DNA of 64,000 nt, taken from NCBI RefSeq assembly GCF_023055435.1, contig NW_025964334.1, positions 22,134,001 to 22,198,000 of the forward strand, given 5' to 3'. Positions 48,428 through 60,053 of this stretch are shown piece by piece. Position 1 is the stretch's first letter. Every line of letters begins with the position of its first letter. The position numbers and the translations under genes are program-made. The stretch comes from Haliotis rufescens (lineage: Eukaryota). Under the pieces are notes generated by a model. That model was given only the letters and a program-made list of their open reading frames with translations. It was not told the DNA's origin and searched no databases.

Positions 48428-49384
48428 TCATTGTTTGCCATACTGGGATATTGCTTGAATACTACAAAATAAGCATTCAACAAAACTCACTCAAAACACC
48501 AATATGTCAGAAAAAATTCAATTCATGTTGTTTCCGTTTATATTCTGACTCTATGAACCATTACAGCAGGATGTTTTATTCATTAATATAAAAATGACCT
48601 TGAACATTCATTGAAAGGTCAGAGATGCAAGATGTGTAAGTTAAATCTGCCCATTGAGTTTCTCAGGAACTTGATTGAAGATAGCTATCTTTAAAAGGTC
48701 AAACTGCCTTTAGCTTGTCAATGGATCTTGTTATCAGAAGAACTGATTCTTTAAACTCCACGATGACTTTTTAGCCACCTTAAGATAAACCAAGACTAAA
48801 GGTTACTTGTGTTATTGTCCATTAAGTTTATGGGAATGTTGGCTTTCTTAAAAATTTCAATTGAAGTTTTATGATTTGATAAAATATTTTGGCTCATATA
48901 CTTGGTCATTTCTTGATATTGTAAAGTAAGCTCACGACAACAATGGCCACATAATCTTTCTATATACAGAATATTCCTGCTAACTGAGAATACTAAAAGG
49001 GAAAATTTGAAATCACCAGAGATCCATGCTAACAGGATAGATAGGGGTGTTTGTGAAGTAAGGTTGTTTGGATAATCAGAACAAAACTACTACATTCTGA
49101 TTGTCATCAATACATCTTTTTTCATGTACTGTGATAACCTTCAGGTATCAGTTCATTGTTTACAAGGCTTAACAGTTGTATAGACCCTCACACGTTGCTG
49201 CCACAAAAACTAAAACTGACATAATTGAAAAGGGTCATGCAGAGACAAAAAGAAGTAAGATATTGCAGCTACTTTCCAACATCAATAACATGGGAATCAG
49301 CAAAGTAAACGCAGAAATATCAAGATCACGTTATGGTGATAACCTGCATAATCTTTCCCCCAATTCCCACCTTAACACGTTACT

Positions 49385-49680
49385 CGAGAAATGAAGCAAG
49401 CTCTGAACAAACAACCCATCCAGGTGAACCTGCCATGACTGACAATGATAATCTGGAGCCAAGACATTGCATAATTCAGTAGAGAAGCTCCAGCAGGCAC
49501 TCTCAGTGGGCAGTCCCTGCTGAGTTCTGGTCACCAGATGGCCCTGTAACCTTCTATAATGGCATCCACCAAACTGGGGCTGGAACCAGCAGGACCATCT
49601 GCGATGGCATCCTCCCATCTCTTGACTGCAGCGGCAGGAAGGCCATGATACACATTTATCTTGCATTCCTCGTCTAATGT
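49385..49680 (+). pseudogene. Possible decayed LINE (RTE-like) reverse transcriptase N-terminal fragment
   Basis: Frameshifted translation gives EMKQALN..., WAVPAEF, VTFY, GI..LLTAAAG and KAMIHI, in the order expected for IW..VP.DF..IV.LYK..RGISLL..GK. Eye alignment only. Confidence 0.35.
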
Positions 49681-50003
49681 GTGTACGATGTTCCTTGGAC
49701 CATGCTGGGAGGGCTGGGAAATATGGGGTTCTTGGGGTGACTTGTTTTAAGGATTGTGATTGCAGATGAAGGCAATTATCGATTCCTCAAATGTAGCCAG
49801 GTCTTAGTGTTAGCATGTTAGCTTGATTTGGCATATTTTTTTTAATTGGTTTGTGTTTAAGGTATTTAGTGCCCCTGCTTTTCATTAGTGCTTTTATTGA
49901 GCATTTGCATACATGTTGCTGTTCCAGTTAGTGCTGTAGTTCCTCAGTGCCTTCACATTTTAACATTTGGGAATTAATAATCATCAGGAAATTACATTGT
50001 AGG

Positions 50004-50423
50004 TAGGGCTGGGACGGGTAACTCGGGTACCCGGGTCGGGTGGATACTGAGTCAGACCCGGGTACCCACAGGACTACCCGGACCCATGGTTAGTCACGTG
50101 ATATATTGTTTGATGACAAAAATTATCTAGAACTCTATGGTACACTACAAGACACTAATGTTCGCATTTCTTTCTGACTATGCACCAATTCCTCCTGATT
50201 TTTTCATATGATTGAATAAAGATATAACTTAATTCAACTTCAGTGTATGAATGACCAGATTGTTTAATGCATGTATCTAAATACGTTTTGCCAGGGCTAT
50301 TCTAAAAACGTCCCCAATCGGATATTTTGAGACATCTCCTGAGACCTACAGTGGGTACCCAGGTAGGGTCAGGTAATGGGGTAATGGGGGAGGGTTAGTG
50401 AATTTGGACTCGTCCCAGCCCTA
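50004..50423. mobile_element. hAT (Ac-like) MITE
   Basis: 16-bp TIR TAGGGCTGGGACG(G/A)GT, 8-bp TSD ATTGTAGG/TTTGTAGG, subterminal GGGTA/TACCC repeats. Confidence 0.88.
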
Positions 50424-52259
50424 TTTGTAGGACATCAAGGGTTTACTGGTTTACTGAATTTACACACAAAATACAGTCATATTTATCAGGTCATTATTAT
50501 TGTGTATTTGTTTGCAACTTAAAATGTTTATAAATAATTGGCTTCTTTATTGTTTTCAAATACTGAAGGTCACAATAGGGCTGAAGCTCTTCTGACTTGA
50601 ATATAAGTTTTAACTTGCTCACTCAATTACTGAAGTGATTGTTCTGCTACTTGAGTTTAGATAAGACAAGAATCTTGAAGTTTAGCTTTTTCATATGTTT
50701 CTGTCTGAACAGAGTGATATTTACTTGGGATAATTATTCTGGTGTGAAAAGATTGTGTGTAAAATGCCTTCTTGTGAGTGGGATTTGGAATGGGATTGTG
50801 AGAAGACGAGCCAAATAATATGGCTGAAGCTTAAGGAAGATATGTTAGGGTAGGATTGAAGGAATACTTTTCTTGAATGTGCCTGTAAAGAAAGGGTATG
50901 GAAGACCGCTAATTGGGAAAGTACACAACAATGGAGCCCCTATTGACCACTTGTCGTTCGACAGATTGCCAATTTATCATGTACAGTCAGTCCAAATTTG
51001 ATTATGGATGCAATGGTGGTACAGAGCACGTTGATGCTACAAGTCTCGTTGTATCAATACATCGGCAGACAGAAATAGCGAGCTGCCATTTAACCAATGC
51101 AGGCTGGGCAAGTTGCGGCACTATTTACCACATTGTTGGTTTACTTTACCATGCTAGTCTAATTGATTGCCTAAACACAAGCATAACGGGTCTGGTTACA
51201 CACCAGACAATCTATCAGTAACTTGTAATTACCCATACATTGATTATATCAGGTGGGTATGGGAGAAGGGTGACGGATACATCAGGAATAACTCCATTCA
51301 GCACCTTGAGAAGATGTATATTTGTGTTTCAAACACTCAATCACAGATTTATGTATATTCAAGTTCATGTAATGAATGTACCAGTTCCAATCTGAAGTTC
51401 AGAGAAGATACTTGTTTTATGTTAGTTTTGAAAAACTTGAATGTTAACTGCTGATTAGTTTTAGTTGTGGTTAACAAATTAGATATCAGAAAAAATGTTT
51501 CTTAAAGGCAATAAGTGGAAGATATTGTTTTGAAAAATATAAAAAGCCTCCTCGTGAAGCATACGATGGTTTGAGTTGGGTGTCCATGCAACGGCATGCA
51601 CATGGCTCGCTCGGTACTCAGTATATTAAGCTAATGCGTCTCAAGGCATGCGTGTGCTGCCAGCTCTTCTTGATACATTATGAAACAGCAGCAATGTTTT
51701 ATTACTTAACCTGGTATGGCGCATGTAATTACTTGAACCTTGTGCTTGTATTGAACACGATGCTACTTACTAATTTTGTTATATTCAAATCCCTTAATAA
51801 AATTACACTGGGAAACTTTCTGAAGTTTTTTTTCTCTCTAGTCTGATCTCATCATGGCATTCATGAACTTCAAGAACTGGAGGCACTCATTGGAGTTTTA
51901 CCTGTTTCCTACTGCACTGACAAATATGCTTTTGCTGAATTGATGAAATTATTTATGGGTGGTTGTAAAATACATTGCTAATTATGAAGGGGCATTATTG
52001 ACACCTATTGTTTGAGAAATGAATGCATATTTATTAAAAAAACATATCATTCTTAGATTTAGGGATCCTTTAAAAAATGCTCATTAATGTTTTATATCTA
52101 CTCTAAGACCAAAACTAAATGACACTGATAGTTTGCATCAAAAATATAAGAAGGTTGCTGTCTTCTCAGGGAACCAGGATTCCCTTCAAACTGTTCATCT
52201 TAATGAAAGGAGATCTAATCAAAGCACATTTATGTAATTAAACTAACATTGACTTTAAC

Positions 52260-52521
52260 ACCCATGAAGATCCAGGTTAGAATAGGTTTTCAGCAACCCA
52301 TGCTTGCCGTAAAAGGCGACTATGCTTGTTGTAGGAGGCGACTGACAGGATCGGGTTTCAAGCTCGCTGACTTGATTGATGCATATCATCATATCCCAAT
52401 TGCATAGATTGATGATCATGATGTCAATCACTGGATTGTCTGGTCCAGTTCAATTATTTACAGACTGCCCTCATGTAGCTGGTATGTTGCTGAGTACGCT
52501 GTTAACCAACCAACAAACAAA
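52260..52521 (+). mobile_element. Family C retroposon, full length
   Basis: ACCCATGAAGATCC head, duplicated 22-bp hairpin unit, (AAAC)n tail. An inverted C fragment follows at 52644-52750. Confidence 0.88.
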
Positions 52522-53631
52522 CATTATTGTTCACACAACAAACAAACACTTGTGTACATTTTATCAGAAAATAGTATTATTTGTTTCCTTACCATTCACA
52601 AATGCTCGGATGGATATATATGTATTAATAGATGAACTATATAGTTGTTTGTTTTTAAGGCTGCACTCAACAATATTCTGCTTAATGGCAGTGGCCTGTA
52701 AGAAGCAAGCCTGGACCAGACAGTCCAGTGATTGACATCATGAGCATTGAACTAAAGATGTGTAACTGACAGTTAACATTTTTGTAAATTGTTAATATTA
52801 TGTTATACCCCAACATGCCTGATCCCACATTGAGAAATTGCTGTAATACGGAGATCACACCGTCTCAAACCTTCTACGCAGGTGGCACAGTGATGTCAGG
52901 AGACACTGTTTGTAATCCTAACCTTACTAGGGTCATGGTTTTGAATCCTTGATTCATCCAAATTATTCTGTCAACACAATATCTGTGCATGTAGTTTCAC
53001 CATTTTGTTGACAATGGGATCAGCAACATTAAGTTTGCATGTCATGATTTAACTGAAATATTGTTCAAAGCAACATTCAACCCAACTCAATACCATCATC
53101 TGTAACCACCATGTAGAAATGTACCTCCACTTGGTGGACCCACCCCAGAGACAGGCAATAGCTGATGCTCCTAGATAGTATTGGGTGATGGATAATATGA
53201 TTATACAGTCCCGTCTCTTGCTGATAGGTAATGTAATTATATATTCTAGCCTGTAGTGCAGCCTGTAATCCAGTGAGTGATCACTTCATACGGTCGCACA
53301 CAAGATATGTTCACTTATGCATTGTCAGCAGTGTTTGCTTCAGGAAAATGGCTGAACACAATTAGGTCTTTCAGATGAATTCTATTTTGTCAGTAAAAGT
53401 GCATTTGAGCACTAGCCTGGGGCCCCAGGCTAGTTTAGTTTTTGTCAGTCTGGTAAATTTAGAACACAAAAGTCTTTATGTTAATATGTAAAATCTTGTT
53501 TGAAAGGTGCCAAAGGCATGTTTGGGCTGGCGGAGTGAAAAGATTTGGGCACAGACTGTTTTGTTGGTAGGATAGGAGTCAAATGGGATTTGATGATTCT
53601 GAGTTAATCTGTCTGAGGTTTTTGTGACCTG

Positions 53632-53733
53632 GGCTCCGTTCCACAAAACAATCACAGCACTAAGGTTATCCCCATACTTTAACATAGGCTTACGATAGTC
53701 GTAGCACTAAGATCGCTTTTTGTGGAACAGGGC
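53632..53733. mobile_element. MITE family G
   Basis: GTTCCACAAAA...CCCATACTTTAACATAGG...TTTTGTGGAAC, with CTG on both sides. Confidence 0.78.
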
Positions 53734-53942
53734 CTGAATCAATACACCAACACTTTACCTACTTCTGAAAATTTGTAAACCTCTGTAATAATGACAATGA
53801 TGATGATCTGCACCATCATACCAAAAGTTGATCAAGATTGAAGCTGATTTGACACAGTATGGTTTCCTGAGTTAGAGAGTTATTTCCCTTAGCCGTGCCA
53901 AGATCAGTTATAAAATCAAGTTCAGGTTCTACCTTATTATGA

Positions 53943-54103
53943 GTGAGTAAGTGAGCATGGTTTCATGCCGTTTTTAGCAATATTCCAGCAATATCACGGC
54001 GGGGGACACCAGAAATGGGCTTCACACATTGTACCCATGTCCAGAATCAAACCCGGGTCTTCGGCGTGACGAGCGAACGCTTTAACCACTAGGCTACCTG
54101 ACC
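53943..54103 (-). mobile_element. SINE family A
   Basis: Perfect TSD CTACCTTATTATGA at 53929-53942 and 54104-54117. Confidence 0.93.
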
Positions 54104-55267
54104 CTACCTTATTATGAACCTTTGTCTTTTACCAATATGAATGTGTTTGTTGTTGTACACAAGTGGTAAACGTTTTCGACCTTCAAATTTTTTGGCTCAC
54201 ATCAAGCTGTCACACCTTGATATAACTGAAATAATGTAGCGCTAAACCAAATTCACTCACTAACGTACAATTGGGATTTTCATATTGATTATGGTGTTCT
54301 GAAGAGATGTTCTGTATCTGAAAATGCAAGAAGAATTGTGTGTATTGATTGCTGCAATGAGTGCTGCTTATGCAGTGCCAGCTGTTATAGGTCAATTATT
54401 GAAGCAAGGCCACTTTCCATTGAAAACAAGTTTCGCTGAAAGGGCGTATATGTCAGTTTGTGCCGTTGTGTAGGTCAGACAAAGTCACACACATATTTTA
54501 TATCTGTATATGTTCAGTTTTCTTCCAATGTAATTTTTTTTTTTAGATTAATCTGAAATACATTCAATATCTGTTTTGTTGGATATATTCTCACATATTG
54601 TTTTGAAGGAGCTTGAATTAGTGACCCTAAAAAGAAAGAACATAAGCTGTTAAAACAAGCTACTTGTCAAGACATTATGCTTTACACTTCGCCATTTATA
54701 ATGACTTTGAAATATTAATTCCTCGGCCATATTGTTGTGGAGAGCTTTGTTTTGAAGAGCACGCTTCAGTAGGCAAGCATTTCAAGATGATTGATTTGCC
54801 TACTCAGGAATAGTTAAATATTGACATTGCTGTCATAAGCATGTATATTTTCTTTAGGTTTTGTTCAAGGTCAGCCATAGGTCAAGGTCACTATTCACAT
54901 TATTGTAAAACATGGTTGTATTATTGTCAGTTTATGAGATGCTATTGCCCATGTAGTCATGAGACTACACTTTAACTGGCATATTGAGTTAAGGGTCATT
55001 GTATATGTCATAAGGTGAAAATGCTTGTTTGAGTACTTTGCCATTCCCAACTTGCCATAACCAGTACTAGTTCCTTTAACATGCAATAAATTCACTTGCA
55101 AATGTGAGCAATCTATTATTTATATACTAAGGGATATAACTCGATGTTGTTAATGCAGAAATGTGTTAATGTGGACAATTTAGGTGATAATGGTGAACAA
55201 GCTCTCACATGCCTTTGGTTGTGAGTCAGAACTGGAAGACATTTTCTGTAAAGTACTTTGTTGGATA

Positions 55268-55473
55268 AGGAAGAGAATTTATGACTGTCAACTTCTTTAT
55301 TATGAGGAACCCAGTGTTTCGGTGTATATGCTTACTCCTTGATCAGATGAATTTAACTGATGAAGGAGTAAGCATATACTCCGAAACGTTGTGTTCCTCA
55401 TAATAAAGAAGTTGACATCCATAAATTCTTTTCTTTATGTGTATCACTTCTAAATGCCTTTTCAAAGACTTGA
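55268..55473 (+). mobile_element. Penelope-like element end with inverted duplication and hammerhead-type core
   Basis: Arms 55274-55346 and 55357-55429 are inverted copies. CTGATGA-A-GGAGTA-agcata-TACTCC-GAAAC at 55357-55387, AATAAA downstream. 14-bp flank duplication TACTTTGTT(G/A)GATA at 55254-55267 and 55474-55487. Confidence 0.7.
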
Positions 55474-55541
55474 TACTTTGTTAGATATTTGGTTCCATTG
55501 TCATTCAATTGGTGACATCTTGCATCTCTTTTTTTTCACAG

Positions 55542-55802
55542 TATTATGGACAAGATGACCAAAGATTGGCAAGGAACATCTCCAGGCACCCATTCCTCAA
55601 CCAATCACATGGCTAGACCATCAGCAACACCAGTCAGAAGGCCAGCCAGTCAGCAACAACCAAGTGGGAGGCAAGCCAGTCAGCAACAACCAATCAGAAG
55701 GCCTATCAGTCAACAACAACCAATCACAGTTCAGGCATCAGCTCAACATCCAACCAGTGGGCAGTTCTCAAAGTTATGTGTTAAGATGGATAATAATAAC
55801 CA
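55542..55802 (+). CDS. Candidate internal coding exon (261 nt, phase 2-2), Q/S/P-rich low-complexity peptide of an unknown host gene
   Basis: Acceptor CATCTCTTTTTTTTCACAG ends at 55541 and donor GTAAGA starts at 55803. Open frame IMDKMTKDW...SQQQP repeats...DNNN; length is a multiple of 3. Confidence 0.4.
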
Positions 55803-55841
55803 GTAAGACGACTTATAACAGCCACAAAGGGGTTGCTGTGT

Positions 55842-56045
55842 ACCAGTTATCAACCAAAGGAGGGTTTCCTGTGTCCCTATTAACCAATCAAAGGGGTTGC
55901 AGTGTCCCTGTTATCCAATCAGAGGAGATCTATGTCCCAACAACCAATCAGTGGGTTTCTGTGTCCCAACCAACCAATCAGTGGGTTTCTGTGTCCCAAT
56001 CAACCAATCAGTGGGTTTCTGTGTCCCTGTCAACCAACCAGAGGG
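55842..56045. repeat. ~30-bp minisatellite with ACCAATCA core
   Basis: ACCAATCAGTGGGTTTCTGTGTCCCAA.CA three times plus degenerate 32-bp units upstream. Confidence 0.85.
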
Positions 56046-58828
56046 CTCCTCCCTCTGTATACAGAGGGTCGACTGCTAAACAATGAACAGTCAGATTTTA
56101 TGCAATTTTCTCATTTTCTTTGACCAAGTCTCAGGGGGACAAGCTATATGCACAGGATATTATGATCCAAGGCCTGAAATGTTTTCAAGCCTTGGTTCCG
56201 CACTGGAAATTTTCACTGTTATACAGTTGTGGGGTGAAAATGTCTCTTCCAATTGGAATGGTTATGTGTGAAACAGGGCAGGATATATATATCTGAATAA
56301 CACCTATGGAGTAGTGTGTGTTACGTATATACCCAAGGAGTGTGGATATGGTTCCGTATACAATGGGGCTATTTGCCTGCCCGTGGTGTGTGATGTGAAA
56401 ACGGTCCTGCATTTATACCATACCATTCCCTGCAATCACCCGGATTGAAGCATAGCCAGTGGACAGACACAAGTACCTCTGGCTGAACAGAAAGACAAGC
56501 GGAAAGATTGACAGCGTGATCCTGGTGGTAATGTGATAATATACCTGTGTGAACTTCCAGTCTGGGTTATTCCCCAGTCTAGCTCTCCACTGTTTCATAC
56601 AGGTGTCATGGCAACGTTTATTTCTAGGTTATATATCTTAAGGTTGGACACTAACGTGAGCCAAATTGTTCTGTAGCTCAATTCCCTTCATTGTTGGCCA
56701 ATTGAGACTCTTGGTTTTGCTCTTTCCGATTCATGTGTATGTGTATACTGTGAAAACCGTTGTTATTGTTTTACATATTTTTACATATTAACAGTTTAAT
56801 TACAGTTTATGAACCTCTTGATAAGTGCAGACACATAGACTAGTGAGTTTATTTCTTGACGGTGGTAATGTGTGTTACATTGAATCATTGGTCAGGAATA
56901 TAGTATGTAGCGGAGCTAGTGGATGCATCATCATGTGTCCAACGTCCTCTGCCTCCCTAGGCACGACTCTATGCATTGTTATCTCACTCCTTCAGATCTC
57001 CTAGCTATACATATGTACATCATGTAGACAATGTTGTCTGACATCAGATACTGTGCAGGGTCGAATTAGAGCCATCTACTCTATGATATTTCTACAAGAA
57101 TGCATGCTATACCTAGAACAGTCATAGCCAGTGGTGAGAGCTATCTGGCAGGTAGTAGTATGCAGCGATGCCAGTCAGGGGGGATAACTTCAGTCACCGC
57201 ATGCGACACTCTTCACCTCACCAAGCTGTGTATATTGTCTTGTATTCAGCAGCTTGCGTTCCTATCACGCGTGTATACATATGAATTTGGTGATAGTGTC
57301 ACCTCATTTCCTACCAGATCTGTACATATTTCTCCAATTTCAACATTCCAGCGTACTTATTTTCTAGCTGTATGTAGAGAGCCTGCAATGTGTCATACAA
57401 AAGAATAATTTGGCACATTTCCAAAATGGCTTTTGCTTAAAAATCTGTCGCCATTGGTAATCGTACCAGGAAACATCTAGTTAATGTAAACCAATTTGAT
57501 TAAGAAATCCTGAAAGGAAGAAATTGTGCGCGACTGCAACCCTCTCAGAAATTCAGAGCACAGTTTGACCTGATTAAACTCTCTTCATGTCTTTTCCCTC
57601 ATCCTTCAACCTCCCAGCAGAGGTAACTGTTCTACTTTCTTCGGTCAACATGAATGTGCATGTTAGTGACATTAGCTAATTTATGCAGTTTTCTTGCCCT
57701 CTTCCACCTGCACAAGACAGAGTTATCCCCCTTGGCTGATGTCTGTAGGTGGTGCTGTGTTCAGTGTTTCACAAGTCTTTAAGATGCTTGTGTAGACAGA
57801 AGTTTCTGTAGCCAGTACAACATAGCTGATCAGGAAAACGTTCCGATGTAGCCAGTCTGGAACAAGTTCTGGTGATGCGACCGTCTAACAGGGCCTGTAA
57901 GACCTGTCATCGTCCGCCTCCATGGGGTTATGCTTCATCACATTGTGGTTGCACTAAAGACCTGTGTGCTCAGCTCGCCGGCAACAAGTAGAATGTCACA
58001 TGACCTTGTGTTCATGATGGGCCAGTAGTACCTATATTGGCCTCGGCGCTATCTCTCTGTTGGCGCTGTAATAGTTCAGGGACACTTCGAGGGATTCCAA
58101 GCCACAAGAACTGGATGACGCGTACATTGTTTTAGAAGTTATTTTCATCCTAAAGATATGATAAATCTTAACATCTTTAAGAGTATAAACATGCAAATCA
58201 GGTTAATGTGGGGAGGACACAGGTTGCACTGAAAGATTGAACATAGGGTTTATTGCTAATGATCAATACAGATCAAAATCACAATGATGCCTTTCAGCTT
58301 TCATAGTTAAGGTCAGTTAACCAGGTCAGTTTTGTAATGTAGCATCCACCTGTTGCCAACCATTTTAAGATACAGGTGACAAACTTTGGAAGGGGTCAAT
58401 GGTGAATTACAAATTCGATATTTTTATCAGGTTAATAATAATGTTATTAATTTCCTATTGATTAAAAGGCTACATGCTTTATTATCATCAAACCCACACT
58501 TTAAAAATGGAAAAAAATATGCCACCAATAATATGTTGTGTTAGCAATATTTACGCCTGGATCATCTGTAATGTAAGAAAATACGTTTTTCTGATCTCAC
58601 AATAATTATATATGATCGTAGACACATACAGGCTTATATGCATCTGTAGAGAACATGATAGTTGGTTTTCACAATGTGTCAGTACATGTATTTATGAATC
58701 GTAAAAAGAACCTACAAAAATATAAGAGAAAATGTAAAAGATAATTTTCATTCTATTTCCAACACCGTTCCTTCTTCAGGTACATCCATCCATTTTTGTT
58801 GTTTTGTGGATCCCTCTTATCCCTGTAC

Positions 58829-59411
58829 CAATCTCATTAAGATCAGATCTTAATGCTCGCTGCTGCTACATCAAACATCAGAGGCCATCCCATTACAGGT
58901 CATGTCAGAACGACTTTTTGTAAAGTTTGACCGACCAATGAAATGACTATGAGGAAGTCAACATTAGCCAATCAGAAAGCAGCTTTCTTAAGCTTTTTGG
59001 CAATGGTTTCAAAAGGCGACCATTCCAGACTACATTTATGAAAATATTTCGAAAATATTCTCTTTTCAAAATTGAAAACCAAACAAAAGAAAATTTTGGA
59101 ATGTCAAGTTGATGACCGAGATTCTAAGACAGTACTTCCATTTCGAATGTTTATCCCATTGAAGCAAGAGATAGACGATGTTTAGCATTCAGAATTAGTC
59201 ATACAGCCGGTAACTGTTGTTTGGAAAGCCCTGTGTTAACCTTTTCAAGGCTGCTTGTTTAGAAAACACTTTCAGACTTCCACTTTCGCTATCTCGTAAG
59301 CTACGCATGGATTGGTCGGATGAAAGTTCATTCTGACGTGACCTGTAATGGGATGTCCTCGGATGCTTGTGTAGCAGTAGGGAGCACTAGGATCAGATTT
59401 GAATGAGGTTG
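58829..59411. mobile_element. MULE-like MITE family H (related subfamily, opposite orientation)
   Basis: TIR CAA(T/C)CTCATT.A.ATC.GATC...CATCCCATTACAGGTCA.GTCAG; 9-bp TSD TCCCT(G/A)TAC at 58820-58828 and 59412-59420. Confidence 0.88.
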
Positions 59412-59819
59412 TCCCTATACTGGACTATTCAGGCGACAGATGAGGATTTAGCTCTGTCAGAGGTTGTTTGTGTATCTTATTTTTCCACTGTTTACAAGGA
59501 CTGAGTGATGAATTGTTACGTTGAGACTCACTTAGCATTGCTTGAAGAATGACGGTGTAATATCTTCATGTTCCCATGTAGTATGTATGTACAAGTTAAG
59601 TTTCCACAAATTTATCTGGAGATATAGTAGCAGATGTTCTCTGCATGATGTGACTGTTAATAGATGAAAGGGAGATTTCACTTAGGCTTGTTTCATTTCA
59701 CATAGAAAATGCTCAGAGAATACTCTTTAGGGACCTTTGAAATTTTTATATCAGAGTGTTGATTTAACTGAGATAAGATTTCCTTTTGTCTATTCGAATA
59801 TTATCAAATATATTTTAAT

Positions 59820-60053
59820 TTATTCCTTTATCTTATTTCTGACCATAATGCATCAAACTTTTAAATTGATTTAAGAGTTTAGATTTAGTTTTGTTGGATT
59901 TCCTGTCAAGTCAAACATTGTCTTAATTAATTATTATTTCTTCCTTTATCTTATTTAATATTTCTGACCATAATGCATCAAACATTTAAATATTGATTTA
60001 AGAGTTCAGATTTACCTGTGTTAGATTTCTTGATATCAAGTCAAGCATTGTCT
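59820..60053. repeat. Diverged ~118-bp tandem duplication
   Basis: TTCCTTTATCTTATTT...TCTGACCATAATGCATCAAAC...TTGATTTAAGAGTT.AGATTTA...TCAAGTCAA.CATTGTCT occurs twice. Confidence 0.85.

Noticed and set aside
55664-56123. 140-, 73- and 60-aa ORFs downstream of the exon candidate
   Set aside because: They are open frames created by the 30-bp repeat and have non-ATG starts.
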